A DNA stretch of 64,000 nt from an uncultured Chlamydiales bacterium (lineage in GTDB: Bacteria; Chlamydiota; Chlamydiia; Chlamydiales; JAAKFR01): assembly GCA_963699155.1 (NCBI GenBank), contig OY969414.1, positions 1,029,327 through 1,093,326 on the forward strand. The letters run 5' to 3'. The notes beneath the pieces are model-generated. The model had not been told where the DNA came from. It did no database searches and saw nothing but the letters and a program-made list of their open reading frames with translations. Positions 54,597 to 63,817 of the stretch are shown here, one piece after another (position 1 is the first letter of the stretch; each line of letters opens with the position of its first letter). Made by a program: the position numbers and the translations under genes.

Positions 54597-56909
54597 TTGT
54601 TTGAGGGCAATATTTTGCATATCCTTCTTGAAAGTTTAACAGATCTTGGAAAGCTTTTTCTCAGTTTAGCTCCCTTTCTTCTTTTAGGCCTCTTTTTGGC
54701 AGGCTTACTCCATGTCCTCGTCTCTAAAAAGCAGGTCGCCTATCTGGGTGGTGATCCAGGTTTGAAAGGCATTTTCAGAATGTCGCTGCTAGGCGTTACG
54801 CTTCCTGTCTGCAGCTGTGGCGTGGCGCCGGTGGCGGTCGAGCTCAAAAGAAAAGGAGCCTCACTCCAGTCGATCATTTCCTTTCTGATTCTGGCCCCTG
54901 AAACCTCTATCGATACGATTTTGGTGACCTGGGGGCTATTAGGACCTGCGATGGCGATCACACGACCTATTTGTGGTTATCTTCTCGGTATTATCGGTGG
55001 CTTTTTTGGGATTGGCTTACTGAGGGAAAAGGATGAGACCCAGGTGAAAGAACCAGTGAGGCACGAGTGTGAAATCTGTCATTCTCACGATTCAGAGGAG
55101 CTGGACGAGGAGGAGGGATATGTTGGTTTTAAAACATTCTCGCACTCCTTTCAAGTTTTGCCCTCGCGCTTTTATCATTGGGTATCGAGTTCTCGTTTTT
55201 TTTACGCTTGGTATCGCCCACGCCTCTTAGACAACGAAAAAATTGCCCCATATCGGCCGGAAGGAAGTTTGACATTAACAGCCATCCTTCGGCGTATTTT
55301 TCACTATTCTTATGGCCATCTTGCTGATGATATTCTACCCAGTCTTCTCACAGGCCTTGTCATCACTTTTTTTCTTTTTCTCATCCTTCCCAACGATCTC
55401 TCCCGATTCGCCATTATTAAACATGGCTTATTTCCTTATATCCTCATGTTTTTAGCGGGGATCCCTTTGTATGTCTGCGCTTCCGAAGGAACTTTGATGG
55501 CAGCAGCTTTTATCTATAAAGGGATTAGTCCTGGTGCTGCACTTGTTTTCCTGCTGACAGGACCGGTCAGCAATATCCCGACAGTAGTTATTTTGATGCG
55601 CTACTTTGGAAAAAAATTTGTTCGGATCTATCTCTTAGTGGTCATGATTGGTGGTATCCTCTTTGGAATCTTGTTCGACTACTTCTTGAAAGCGACCCAT
55701 TTCGAAGTAAAGACCGCTTTGGAATCCAGACAGCCCTTAGCACTCGCTGTGATGTGGATTTCAGCCTCTCTTCTCATTTTTCTGGCCATTTATCGCTTTT
55801 TTTGGGGCCATCTCAAAGAGGAGTTTGTCGTTTTATGGTCATCAGTTAAAGATGGACTACCCCTCTTCAGTGGACTCGATGGTTCCCAACCCTGGTACCG
55901 CCATTTTGGCTGGCGTTCGCGCTGGATACGTTATCTGGTGATTTTAGCTGTGATTCTTTATATCGCTTCAGGCTTATCAGTTGTTCCCATTGGGGGAAGC
56001 GGTTATGTCAAAGTATTCGGAAAGGTGGTCTGGCGGGATTGGCAGCCCGGGCTTTATTACCGCCCCCCCTATCCTTTCTCAGTCCTAGACATTTGGTTTC
56101 CAACCTTCCCCATTGACATCGTGGTCCAATGTGACAATAAAAAGAAGAGTGTTGAAATGCTTTCGGGGGATGAGTTTTTAGCCTCCCTCGCAGCCTCGAT
56201 TCAATATGTGATTCGCGATCCTTACCGTTACTATTACCAGATCAATCAGCCAGAAAATATGGTGAGAAATTTCCTCCAAGAGAGTCTTACAGAGGTGACT
56301 GCTCAGGAAGATTTTATAGCCATAATGACTTCAAGGAGAGGAAGCTATCAAAGAAATGTCGAAAAAGGGTTGATGGAAGCCTTCAATATCGAGGAGAGAA
56401 AAAGGGGACTGGAAAATCTGGGCGTTGAAATTGTCTCTGTCAATATTTTGAAGCTCACTCCTCCGAAAGAAGCACTTCCCGCTTTCCAGGACGTGGTTTC
56501 TGCACGCGAAGATCGAGAGACCTATAATTTAAGAGCTCTTAGTTCACTGATTAGGACTATCTTAACAACGAGGGGTCAAGCTAACTTTGAACTGGCCAGA
56601 GCTGTTGCAGAAGCGTATACAGAAAAAGTGAAAGCGCATGGAAAATTAGAAGAGATCACTGCACTGAGCGCTGTCGTTTCTAAACAGAGAGAGATACTGG
56701 AAAATTTACTCTGGCTCCAAACCTCTGAAAAGGCGCTCTCAAAATCGGAACAAGTCTATTTCTTACCTCCAGGTAGCCCACCTCAGAAATTTACACTGTG
56801 GAGGGGAAAGGGTGAACTTTTAGAAAATAAAGAAAAACTCAAATTGAAGCCTATTAAGAAAGAAGAAGAGAAGAAAGATAAAAAGGAAGAGAAGAAACAG
56901 AATGAATAA
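54597..56909 (+). CDS. fusion of a DUF318/SO_0444-like putative metal permease with a C-terminal SPFH (band 7, HflK-like) domain
   Basis: N-terminal multi-TM permease with a PVCSCGVAPVAVEL motif. From about aa 440 there is a TM plus SPFH region (GYVKVFGKVV..., GVEIVSVNILKLTPPKEALPAFQDVVSAREDRE). K/E-rich tail. TTG start, no nearby ATG. Confidence 0.7.
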   Translation: MFEGNILHILLESLTDLGKLFLSLAPFLLLGLFLAGLLHVLVSKKQVAYLGGDPGLKGIFRMSLLGVTLPVCSCGVAPVAVELKRKGASLQSIISFLILAPETSIDTILVTWGLLGPAMAITRPICGYLLGIIGGFFGIGLLREKDETQVKEPVRHECEICHSHDSEELDEEEGYVGFKTFSHSFQVLPSRFYHWVSSSRFFYAWYRPRLLDNEKIAPYRPEGSLTLTAILRRIFHYSYGHLADDILPSLLTGLVITFFLFLILPNDLSRFAIIKHGLFPYILMFLAGIPLYVCASEGTLMAAAFIYKGISPGAALVFLLTGPVSNIPTVVILMRYFGKKFVRIYLLVVMIGGILFGILFDYFLKATHFEVKTALESRQPLALAVMWISASLLIFLAIYRFFWGHLKEEFVVLWSSVKDGLPLFSGLDGSQPWYRHFGWRSRWIRYLVILAVILYIASGLSVVPIGGSGYVKVFGKVVWRDWQPGLYYRPPYPFSVLDIWFPTFPIDIVVQCDNKKKSVEMLSGDEFLASLAASIQYVIRDPYRYYYQINQPENMVRNFLQESLTEVTAQEDFIAIMTSRRGSYQRNVEKGLMEAFNIEERKRGLENLGVEIVSVNILKLTPPKEALPAFQDVVSAREDRETYNLRALSSLIRTILTTRGQANFELARAVAEAYTEKVKAHGKLEEITALSAVVSKQREILENLLWLQTSEKALSKSEQVYFLPPGSPPQKFTLWRGKGELLENKEKLKLKPIKKEEEKKDKKEEKKQNE

Positions 56910-57828
56910 CGATGAAATCAGACAGACCAGAAAACAACAACGGGGCATACTTTGGACGATCGTCATCGTAATTTTGATCCTCATTCTCTTCTCCTGTTTC
57001 TTTATCGTTGATGAAACTCAATTTGGTGTAGTCACCCGTTTTGGAAGGCCACTTGCGCCTGTCCGAACTTCGGGACTCAATGTGAAATTGCCTTGGCCAA
57101 TCGATTATTCTATCATCTTGGATCGACGGATCCTTCAAACAGCTTTGCCAGTACAAGAGCTTCTTACTTCCGATCAAAAAAATGTCAATATGACCAGTTT
57201 CGTCCTCTGGCAAATTACCGATCCCACACTCTTCGCAGCTACAATGCAGGATCTCAAGACTGCTGAGACGCGACTCAGCGACATTGCCATTGCTCAAATT
57301 GCGATTTCCGTGGGAAAGGTCCCCTTCAATTTGATCATCAACTTAGAAGGAGGAAAAAGTGCAATGGCTCGTATTCTCAAGGAAGCTTCAGATGAACTAA
57401 GCAGAGTGGCCAAAGAGTTTGGTATCGACATCCGTGATTTGGGAATTACTAGTTTCCTTTTACCTCCGCAAAACAGAACGAGTGTCATCGAAAGAATGGT
57501 TGCTGATCGCAACCGTCTCGCTACTTTTTACCGGTCCAGTGGTACAGAAGAGGCGTTGAAAATTGAAGGAGAAGCGGCAGCAGAGCATGAAAAGATCTTG
57601 GGCAAAGCGCATGGAGAAAGTACGGCCATCAAAGGGAGGGGAGAGGCTGAGGCGCTAAAAATATTGGCAGAGGCCTACCGTCAAGATCCCGAGTTTTATT
57701 TTTTTATCCGTTCCTTGGACTCCTATGAGGCGATCATTGGCAAACAGAGTACAGTCTTTATTGAGGCTGATTCTCCCTTACTCAAATATTTTAATGGCAC
57801 CGGCGCTAAGGAATTGCTAAAGGAATAG
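56902..57828 (+). CDS. SPFH/band-7 protein, HflC-like
   Basis: N-terminal TM, FIVDETQFGVVTRFGRPL, and C-terminal GEAEALKILAEAYRQDPEFYFFIRSLDSYE matching the remembered HflC GDAEAAKLFADAFSKDPDFYAFIRSLRAYE. Confidence 0.8.
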   Translation: MNNDEIRQTRKQQRGILWTIVIVILILILFSCFFIVDETQFGVVTRFGRPLAPVRTSGLNVKLPWPIDYSIILDRRILQTALPVQELLTSDQKNVNMTSFVLWQITDPTLFAATMQDLKTAETRLSDIAIAQIAISVGKVPFNLIINLEGGKSAMARILKEASDELSRVAKEFGIDIRDLGITSFLLPPQNRTSVIERMVADRNRLATFYRSSGTEEALKIEGEAAAEHEKILGKAHGESTAIKGRGEAEALKILAEAYRQDPEFYFFIRSLDSYEAIIGKQSTVFIEADSPLLKYFNGTGAKELLKE

Positions 57829-57830
57829 AT

Positions 57831-59006
57831 ATGGCTGAAAAAAATCTACCTCGCAATGTCGTTGTCATCCGTTCTCTGTTTGATTGGTCACACAACCATC
57901 CTTTCAAATTTTTCGGCATCTTTGTCCTGATTATCTTGCTGATCAGTTTATTCTTTGTTCCTTTTGAAATTAATCTCCAACAGCTTGGTGTCATCCGTCG
58001 TTTTGGGCGCTATATCGGTCACGTGGATAGGCCCGGCCTTAATTTCAAAGTTCCTTGGGGCATTGATCATCTCACTAAGGTAGAAGCAAGAACGGTATAT
58101 GATCTCCAGCTGATTTCTGAAAAGAGAAAGGATGGCAAGAGTGCCCTGGAATATTTTTCCGGGGATGAGAATCTGATCGATGTCAGTTGCATCATTCAAT
58201 ACCAGATAACTAATCCTGCAAATTATCTTTTTCAAATGGCTAAACCCAGAGAAATTTTGCTCAGCTTACTGAAAGAAGCTTTAGTTACTGAAATGTCCAG
58301 AAGAAGCCTAGCAGAAATCATCTCGATCAATAAAGGAATCATCCAGGATGCGATTCAAGACTCATTGAATCGGGATGAGCAGATCTACCAAATGGGAATC
58401 GAGTTGGTCTCTGTCAATCTCGACGACCTTCAACCTCCTCAAGAAAGTTTGCCAAGTTTTATGGATGTCATCGATGCTAAGGAAGATAAAGAGCAAGTGA
58501 TCAATCAAGCCCAAGCCTATAAAGAAAATGTCGTTGCTGAAGCGAGTGGTTTTGCAGCCCGTCTCGTCGATGGAGCCAAAGCCTTTGCAGCGACTGCGAT
58601 TCTGCAGGCGCATGGCGATGCGGAGAGATTTCAATTTCTCCTAGCACAAAAAAAGAGTGCACCCCAGGGAACAAGAGTAACCGAATATTATCGCACCATC
58701 AATCCCATTCTTTCTCAGGCAGCGATCTATGTTCTTAGGCCCCATCAAGGAGCGCATATCGAAGTCAATCTCCTCGATCATATTTTGCCTGAACTTCCAA
58801 AGTTTGAGAAAATTCTTGCCGAAAAAGGAAAGCACCAAGAGCGTACTCCAGGAATGGGTGGTCTTCAGCAAAAGGAGGGTCAGGTTGACCGTATGCCAGG
58901 AACGGGCGGACATCGTGAACCGGGAGGGCAAATTGAACATGTAGAACTGCCTACGACAACCAAGCCGATTCCCGCTTCAGAATTGAAGGAGGCACCTTAT
59001 GAATGA
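57831..59006 (+). CDS. SPFH/band-7 protein, HflK-like
   Basis: TM + LGVIRRFGRYIG...GLNFKVPWGID. SFMDVIDAKEDKEQVINQAQAYKENVVAEASG...AHGDAERFQFLL resembles the HflK C-terminal region. Confidence 0.75.
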   Translation: MAEKNLPRNVVVIRSLFDWSHNHPFKFFGIFVLIILLISLFFVPFEINLQQLGVIRRFGRYIGHVDRPGLNFKVPWGIDHLTKVEARTVYDLQLISEKRKDGKSALEYFSGDENLIDVSCIIQYQITNPANYLFQMAKPREILLSLLKEALVTEMSRRSLAEIISINKGIIQDAIQDSLNRDEQIYQMGIELVSVNLDDLQPPQESLPSFMDVIDAKEDKEQVINQAQAYKENVVAEASGFAARLVDGAKAFAATAILQAHGDAERFQFLLAQKKSAPQGTRVTEYYRTINPILSQAAIYVLRPHQGAHIEVNLLDHILPELPKFEKILAEKGKHQERTPGMGGLQQKEGQVDRMPGTGGHREPGGQIEHVELPTTTKPIPASELKEAPYE

Positions 59007-59463
59007 GGATGATTCTAAGCAATTCCGCTTCGCTAAATTGCAACAAAATGTGACCTTACGTCGGGGCACTGTCTACCGCTACTTGAGTTCTTCCTTGCAG
59101 TTGTTGATGCTTGGCAATGCAGGTGGGATCGGTTTTGTCATCGGTTTTTTTCGAACTGGAACTGAACCTCCTATGGCACACCTGCTATCCATCGTCTCTG
59201 TCATTTTTTTTCTTTTTGGCATTCTCTTTTCTGCAGGATCGGTCATCTGTGTTGCCTCTCTTGCCATGAAAGAGGCACACGATGCCGAAAGATCTCTGAT
59301 CAACATTGTCTACAATAAGATCACGTATGAAGAAGCTGTTCTCAATCTGGAGCAGAGACCGCCTGGGGCTGCAGCGGGAGCTATGCTCTTTGGACTGGCA
59401 AGCATTTCCTGTCTCATTCTTGGCGCTATCATTGGCATGATATTAATTGTTTCCTATTTTTAA
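58999..59463 (+). CDS. small integral membrane protein (154 aa)
   Basis: Three hydrophobic segments. 8-nt overlap (ATGAATGA) with the HflK-like gene suggests translational coupling. Confidence 0.5.
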   Translation: MNEDDSKQFRFAKLQQNVTLRRGTVYRYLSSSLQLLMLGNAGGIGFVIGFFRTGTEPPMAHLLSIVSVIFFLFGILFSAGSVICVASLAMKEAHDAERSLINIVYNKITYEEAVLNLEQRPPGAAAGAMLFGLASISCLILGAIIGMILIVSYF

Positions 59464-59469
59464 AGGCTT

Positions 59470-60477
59470 ATGAAAATAAAAATTTTGATAGCTCTCCTCC
59501 TCACATTGTCTCTCACTGCTGCAAAAGCAAAAGCAAAAGAAAAAGAGATCGCTGTTTGTACGCAAGGGTCAACCGTCAGTTACTTCTGGAATAGTTTGTA
59601 CGCAGGAATTGAAAAAGCTGGGAAAGAGTGGGGTGCCAAGCCAGTTTTTTATGGAAGTTTTGATTTTCAAGTTAAAGAGATGCCTCGCTATATCGAAGAA
59701 GCGATCAAAAATAATCCAGCAGGACTCATTGTGAGTATTCCTGATGCCGACCTCGTCAGAAAATCGATCGAGCTGGCTCATGCAAAAAAAATTCCCATCG
59801 TCGCAGTCTATTCGGGAGAAACTGATTTTGAAGAGTTAGGGATTCCCCATTTCGTTGGCATCCCTGCTGAAGCTACGGGTCTCATTGTTGCAGACCGCTT
59901 GCTAGAGGCTGGAATGACCCATATTCTGATCGTGTTAGAAAATGAACCAGATATTTCAAGTCTTTTATTACTCAAAGGAATGCGAAAAAAGATTGAAGAG
60001 TCGGGGAAAAAACTTACCGTTTTAGAGGTGGGAGCCTACTCACCTGCTACGGCTTCTGCTACGATTTCGTCCACCATGCTGATGGATGAGACCATCGATG
60101 GGGTCTTCTCTTTCACAGCGCTCACGGCCCTTTCGACGATTTTGGCTTTAGAAGCGAATGAAACTTATGGATCGACCAAATTTGCGACCTTTGACTTTTC
60201 ACCTCACGTTAAAGAAGGCATTCTGGGTAAAAAGATCCTCTTTGCCGTGAGTGAGCAGCCTTTTATGGAAGGCTACTTGGCTATGTCTCTACTATCTGCC
60301 CCCCCAGAGACCGATGTGAGAACCTTTTTTAAGAATCTCAACCAAATAGGCCAACACGACTTTTTCCCCAAAGGGAGTTTAGCCTATCAAAGTTTTCAGC
60401 ACCCTGGAGCTTTCCTCTATACAGGACCGATCTTCATTACCGAGGAGAATGTCGAAAACTATGCGGAAAATTTCTAA
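59470..60477 (+). CDS. periplasmic binding protein, type-1 (sugar-binding/LacI-like fold), orphan
   Basis: Signal peptide MKIKILIALLLTLSLTAAKA and PBP1-like alternating beta-alpha pattern (GLIVSIPD..., IPIVAVYSG...). No cognate sugar ABC permease or ATPase nearby. Confidence 0.65.
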   Translation: MKIKILIALLLTLSLTAAKAKAKEKEIAVCTQGSTVSYFWNSLYAGIEKAGKEWGAKPVFYGSFDFQVKEMPRYIEEAIKNNPAGLIVSIPDADLVRKSIELAHAKKIPIVAVYSGETDFEELGIPHFVGIPAEATGLIVADRLLEAGMTHILIVLENEPDISSLLLLKGMRKKIEESGKKLTVLEVGAYSPATASATISSTMLMDETIDGVFSFTALTALSTILALEANETYGSTKFATFDFSPHVKEGILGKKILFAVSEQPFMEGYLAMSLLSAPPETDVRTFFKNLNQIGQHDFFPKGSLAYQSFQHPGAFLYTGPIFITEENVENYAENF

Positions 60478-61288
60478 ACAAGATGTAGATCGCAAAGCTG
60501 AGAGCACTGATCCAGAAAGAGACTGGCCAATTCGTGAGATAAGAGAGAATAATTCCCATCCAAACCACAAAGAGCGCAATTAAGAGGGAAAGGATAATCC
60601 CTGACCAAAAGGTGCGCGTACAGCAGAGAGCCGAAGCGGCTGGAGCGACGAGCAGAGTAAAGACAAGCAAGATACCGACAACTTGACTCGCCACCGTGAC
60701 AGCGAGAGCGAGAAGAATAAAGAAGGAGGTAGAAACAAGTTTAGGTGAGACACCTTTGGCTTCTGCAACATCGGGCATGATGGAGACAAAGAGTAGTCTT
60801 CTAGCTAATAAAAAAAGGGCTGCCAAAGAGATCACAGAAAAAAAGATCATGTGGTGGATGAGCTGATCGGAGACACCAAAAAGATCACCAAATAAAATCG
60901 CCATCGCCTGTCCCGCATAGTTGGTATAAAAGTGGAGGAAAAGGATTCCAAGGCCTAAGGAAAAGGAGAGGACCATTCCTATAGCTAGATCACTTTTGGC
61001 GAGTTTTTCTTCTAATGTGCCCATACCCAAAGCAGCAAAAAGGGTCAGTAAAAACTGCCCTACCTCGGGGGAGAGTTTGGCTAATCCTGCTCCAGCAGCT
61101 CCGGCAAAGGCAATATGACTTAAAGCATGGCTTGCAAAAACTTGACCTCTCAGCACGATAAAATAACCGATGAGGGCGGAAACGATAGCTGCAAGGCTGC
61201 CGGCAAGGCAGGCATTTTGGATGAAATCATAAGAGAAAAATTCATGCAGACTATTCAAAGCTATTCCTTGGGTTCGAATGAGCAACAA
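60437..61288 (-). CDS. metal (Zn/Mn/Fe) ABC transporter permease, ABC-3 family
   Basis: 283 aa, 8-9 TM segments, ZnuB/TroC/YtgC-like sequence character. Follows the ATPase gene directly. Confidence 0.85.
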   Translation of the reverse strand: MLLIRTQGIALNSLHEFFSYDFIQNACLAGSLAAIVSALIGYFIVLRGQVFASHALSHIAFAGAAGAGLAKLSPEVGQFLLTLFAALGMGTLEEKLAKSDLAIGMVLSFSLGLGILFLHFYTNYAGQAMAILFGDLFGVSDQLIHHMIFFSVISLAALFLLARRLLFVSIMPDVAEAKGVSPKLVSTSFFILLALAVTVASQVVGILLVFTLLVAPAASALCCTRTFWSGIILSLLIALFVVWMGIILSYLTNWPVSFWISALSFAIYILFRNFPHSFRHSPR

Positions 61289-62002
61289 TCACTGCTGACT
61301 CTCCGCTTGATAGAGACTTTTAAACTTTTCTAGAATGGCCCCTTCATTGATGATGGTTGCCTCGCCGTGGGCAATACAGATCATGCGGTCCAACTTATCC
61401 CCGAGAAGCTCGATCTGATGGGTCGTCATCAAAACTGTAATCCGCAGCTTCTTATTGATCATTGTGATCAATTCGATGATTTTTTCATTCTGATGAGGAT
61501 CTAAACTACTTAAGGGCTCATCGAGAAGGAGAATTTTGGGATTTCCCAAAAGAGCTCGTGCGAGAGATAATCTTTGTCTCTCTCCTCCTGAGAGTTGTAG
61601 ATAAGGGCGATCGATGATCTCTTCCAGATGGACCAGCTCAATTACATCCTTAATCTGATGCTTCTTGACATGGTTCAAGAAGGGAATTCCCCAACCTAGG
61701 CCGCTTGCGGCAGTTTCCAAGAGAGTTCTGCCACTGAGGGGAAAGGTTTCCAATTCATGGGGCATTTGAGGCATATATCCGACATCGGGGTTTCCCCGTT
61801 CCGCAGATCGGTTGCAGACGTAGAGGTTCCCGCAGACGGGGGAAATCAATCCGAGAATGGCCCTGAGCAAGGTTGTTTTGCCCGATCCATTGGGCCCGAC
61901 AATGGCGATAAATTCCCCTTGATCGATCTCCATCGAAAAATTCTGAAAGATGATATGCCCATCAAAGGCAATTTTCAGTTGATCCCATTTAATCGAGTTC
62001 AC
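61289..62002 (-). CDS. metal ABC transporter ATP-binding protein
   Basis: Walker A GPNGSGKTT, signature LSGGERQR, Walker B LLLDEP. A GTG start at 62002 gives a GTGA overlap with the upstream binding-protein stop; the listed ATG at 62041 would overlap by 43 nt. Confidence 0.85.
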   Translation of the reverse strand: MNSIKWDQLKIAFDGHIIFQNFSMEIDQGEFIAIVGPNGSGKTTLLRAILGLISPVCGNLYVCNRSAERGNPDVGYMPQMPHELETFPLSGRTLLETAASGLGWGIPFLNHVKKHQIKDVIELVHLEEIIDRPYLQLSGGERQRLSLARALLGNPKILLLDEPLSSLDPHQNEKIIELITMINKKLRITVLMTTHQIELLGDKLDRMICIAHGEATIINEGAILEKFKSLYQAESQQ

Positions 62003-62853
62003 AGAGCCTTTTCCAAAGATTCGAGTTGAGAGGTCATCCACTGCACATAGGTGGTACCTGCCGGTTGTGTTTCAGTCATGCCAACAACAGGGATTCCATG
62101 TTGCTGTGCGAGAGCGATCATTTTTTTTGTGTAGGCATTAGTAACCTGAATATTGTAGATCAGAGCCTTGACTTTTTTTTCTTTTAGATAGCTTTCAAAT
62201 TCTTTAATGTCTTTGACCGACGGCTCAGTATCATTCATGATGCTAGTCTGAAATCCTTGCCCCAACATCTTGAGGCCCAACGCATCTGCCATATCATTGA
62301 AGAGAGGCTCAGTGGCTAAGACTGCCGTTCCTGCAAAGCGAGTACGGATCCTTTCAATGAGTTGAGTAAGAGGGCGATAACTCTCTTGGAACTGCTTCAA
62401 ACGGATTGAAAAGTATTCTTGCTGTTCCGGAACGAGCACTGTCATTTTTTCGGTAAAGGCTTGAGCGAAGAGAGGCATCGTCCTTGGGTCATACCAAATA
62501 TGGGGATTGTCGCCCTCTTTTCTCCCCAGCAAATCGGCGACAACTATGATTGCTGAGGGATGGTGGCCCGCCGCTTCCACCAATTGTTTCACCCAAGGGT
62601 CATAGTCTAAGCCATTATAAATGAGAATTTCGGCATGAGAAATTGCGATATCTGTCTTGGCGGAATTGCTAAAAAGATGGGGATCTTGCATTGGGTTATT
62701 CAAAATCGTCTTCACGTCGGCATAGGGACCAGCGATCTCTTGCGCCAAAATGCCATAGAAATTCTCCGCAGCAACAACCCCAACCTGTTTTGCATCAATA
62801 GTTCCGTTTCCTAGTAGTGCCAAAAAACAGAGCAAAGTACCAATTTTCAACAT
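61999..62853 (-). CDS. metal ABC transporter substrate-binding protein (ZnuA/TroA/YtgA-like)
   Basis: Signal peptide MLKIGTLLCFLALLGNG, NPHIWYDP motif, cluster-A-I SBP layout. The listed ORF extension to 63114 overlaps the upstream gene and is rejected. Confidence 0.85.
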   Translation of the reverse strand: MLKIGTLLCFLALLGNGTIDAKQVGVVAAENFYGILAQEIAGPYADVKTILNNPMQDPHLFSNSAKTDIAISHAEILIYNGLDYDPWVKQLVEAAGHHPSAIIVVADLLGRKEGDNPHIWYDPRTMPLFAQAFTEKMTVLVPEQQEYFSIRLKQFQESYRPLTQLIERIRTRFAGTAVLATEPLFNDMADALGLKMLGQGFQTSIMNDTEPSVKDIKEFESYLKEKKVKALIYNIQVTNAYTKKMIALAQQHGIPVVGMTETQPAGTTYVQWMTSQLESLEKAL

Positions 62854-62902
62854 ACTTTGCCTTGTAGAGCAACTAAGCTTTATTGTCCACGTCGAAGATG
62901 GT

Positions 62903-63760
62903 CTATTCCGAAGTGTCAGCTTCTTCAACGACAATTGTGGGTTGATAGTTATCCAAGACAAAACATAAAGCTCTTGAAAAAGGCGCCAAGATATCCTCTG
63001 CAGCTTTTTCTTGAATCCCAATTTCGATGATTGCGTCGAGAAGAGGATCCCATCTATCTGAGATATCATGAGACTGCTTGAACAGTTCAGTCCGCTCTTG
63101 TGCGTTAGCCCCATTCCATTTCGCTACGAGATGCTGTGCGAGACGAAAATAGAAGGTTTTGCTTTGACTGATATTGTCAACACGGATGCCTCCCTGAACG
63201 ATCAGATCTCCTCTTCCATCTCGCACCACTCCGATATCTCCAGAAAAGACATAGGTGTTTGTTCCTGCTGCCGTGGTGAGCACTAAACTGGAACCGATGT
63301 CCAAAATAGCTGTATACAGAGCATTGATCGTGTAGAAGACAGGAAATAAGTAGGAAGAAGATATGACGGCAGGAGTAATGAAGAAGAGTCCACAGGTATT
63401 GCGGTCAAATTGGTCTTGTGTCATTTCGAGCATTTCCAGACTCTCTTTCGGGATGGGAGTAAATCTTCTACTTTTGCCACATGAGGTAAAGCAGCAACAA
63501 TAGGCTCTTGAGAACATTTTCCATGGATGGCAGAGAATATAGGCTGCCAAATTCATTACGCTGTTATTGCATCTCGGCAAACAACAGAGTTTCCCCCTTC
63601 TTGCTCTCTGGGGAATCGGAAGTTTAGCTAACTCTGTTAAAAACTCATCGAATACTTTACCGAGCTCTTGTTCTCTCGAAACTCGCTCGTCATGGGTGAG
63701 CCTAGGATGAACATAGCTCCCAAACAAATTGGGAGAGGTCGAGCTACTAATAGAGGCCAT
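62903..63760 (-). CDS. hypothetical protein with an N-proximal cysteine cluster
   Basis: 285 aa. KLCCLPRCNNS ... YCCCFTSCGKS, followed by one hydrophobic segment. No family recognised. Confidence 0.5.
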   Translation of the reverse strand: MASISSSTSPNLFGSYVHPRLTHDERVSREQELGKVFDEFLTELAKLPIPQRARRGKLCCLPRCNNSVMNLAAYILCHPWKMFSRAYCCCFTSCGKSRRFTPIPKESLEMLEMTQDQFDRNTCGLFFITPAVISSSYLFPVFYTINALYTAILDIGSSLVLTTAAGTNTYVFSGDIGVVRDGRGDLIVQGGIRVDNISQSKTFYFRLAQHLVAKWNGANAQERTELFKQSHDISDRWDPLLDAIIEIGIQEKAAEDILAPFSRALCFVLDNYQPTIVVEEADTSE

Positions 63761-63817
63761 AATAATAGAATCCTTATATAAAATTTTTTAAAAATAATTT
63801 TTATTACTTAAAAAATT

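Noticed and set aside
61999-63114. N-terminal extensions of listed ORFs: 61999..63114, 6866..8095, 4236..5921, 17953..19131 and 24614..24892.
   Set aside because: The extensions overlap the upstream gene in another frame and precede obvious signal peptides or homologue-like N-termini. Internal starts giving ATGA/GTGA junctions or family-typical lengths were preferred.
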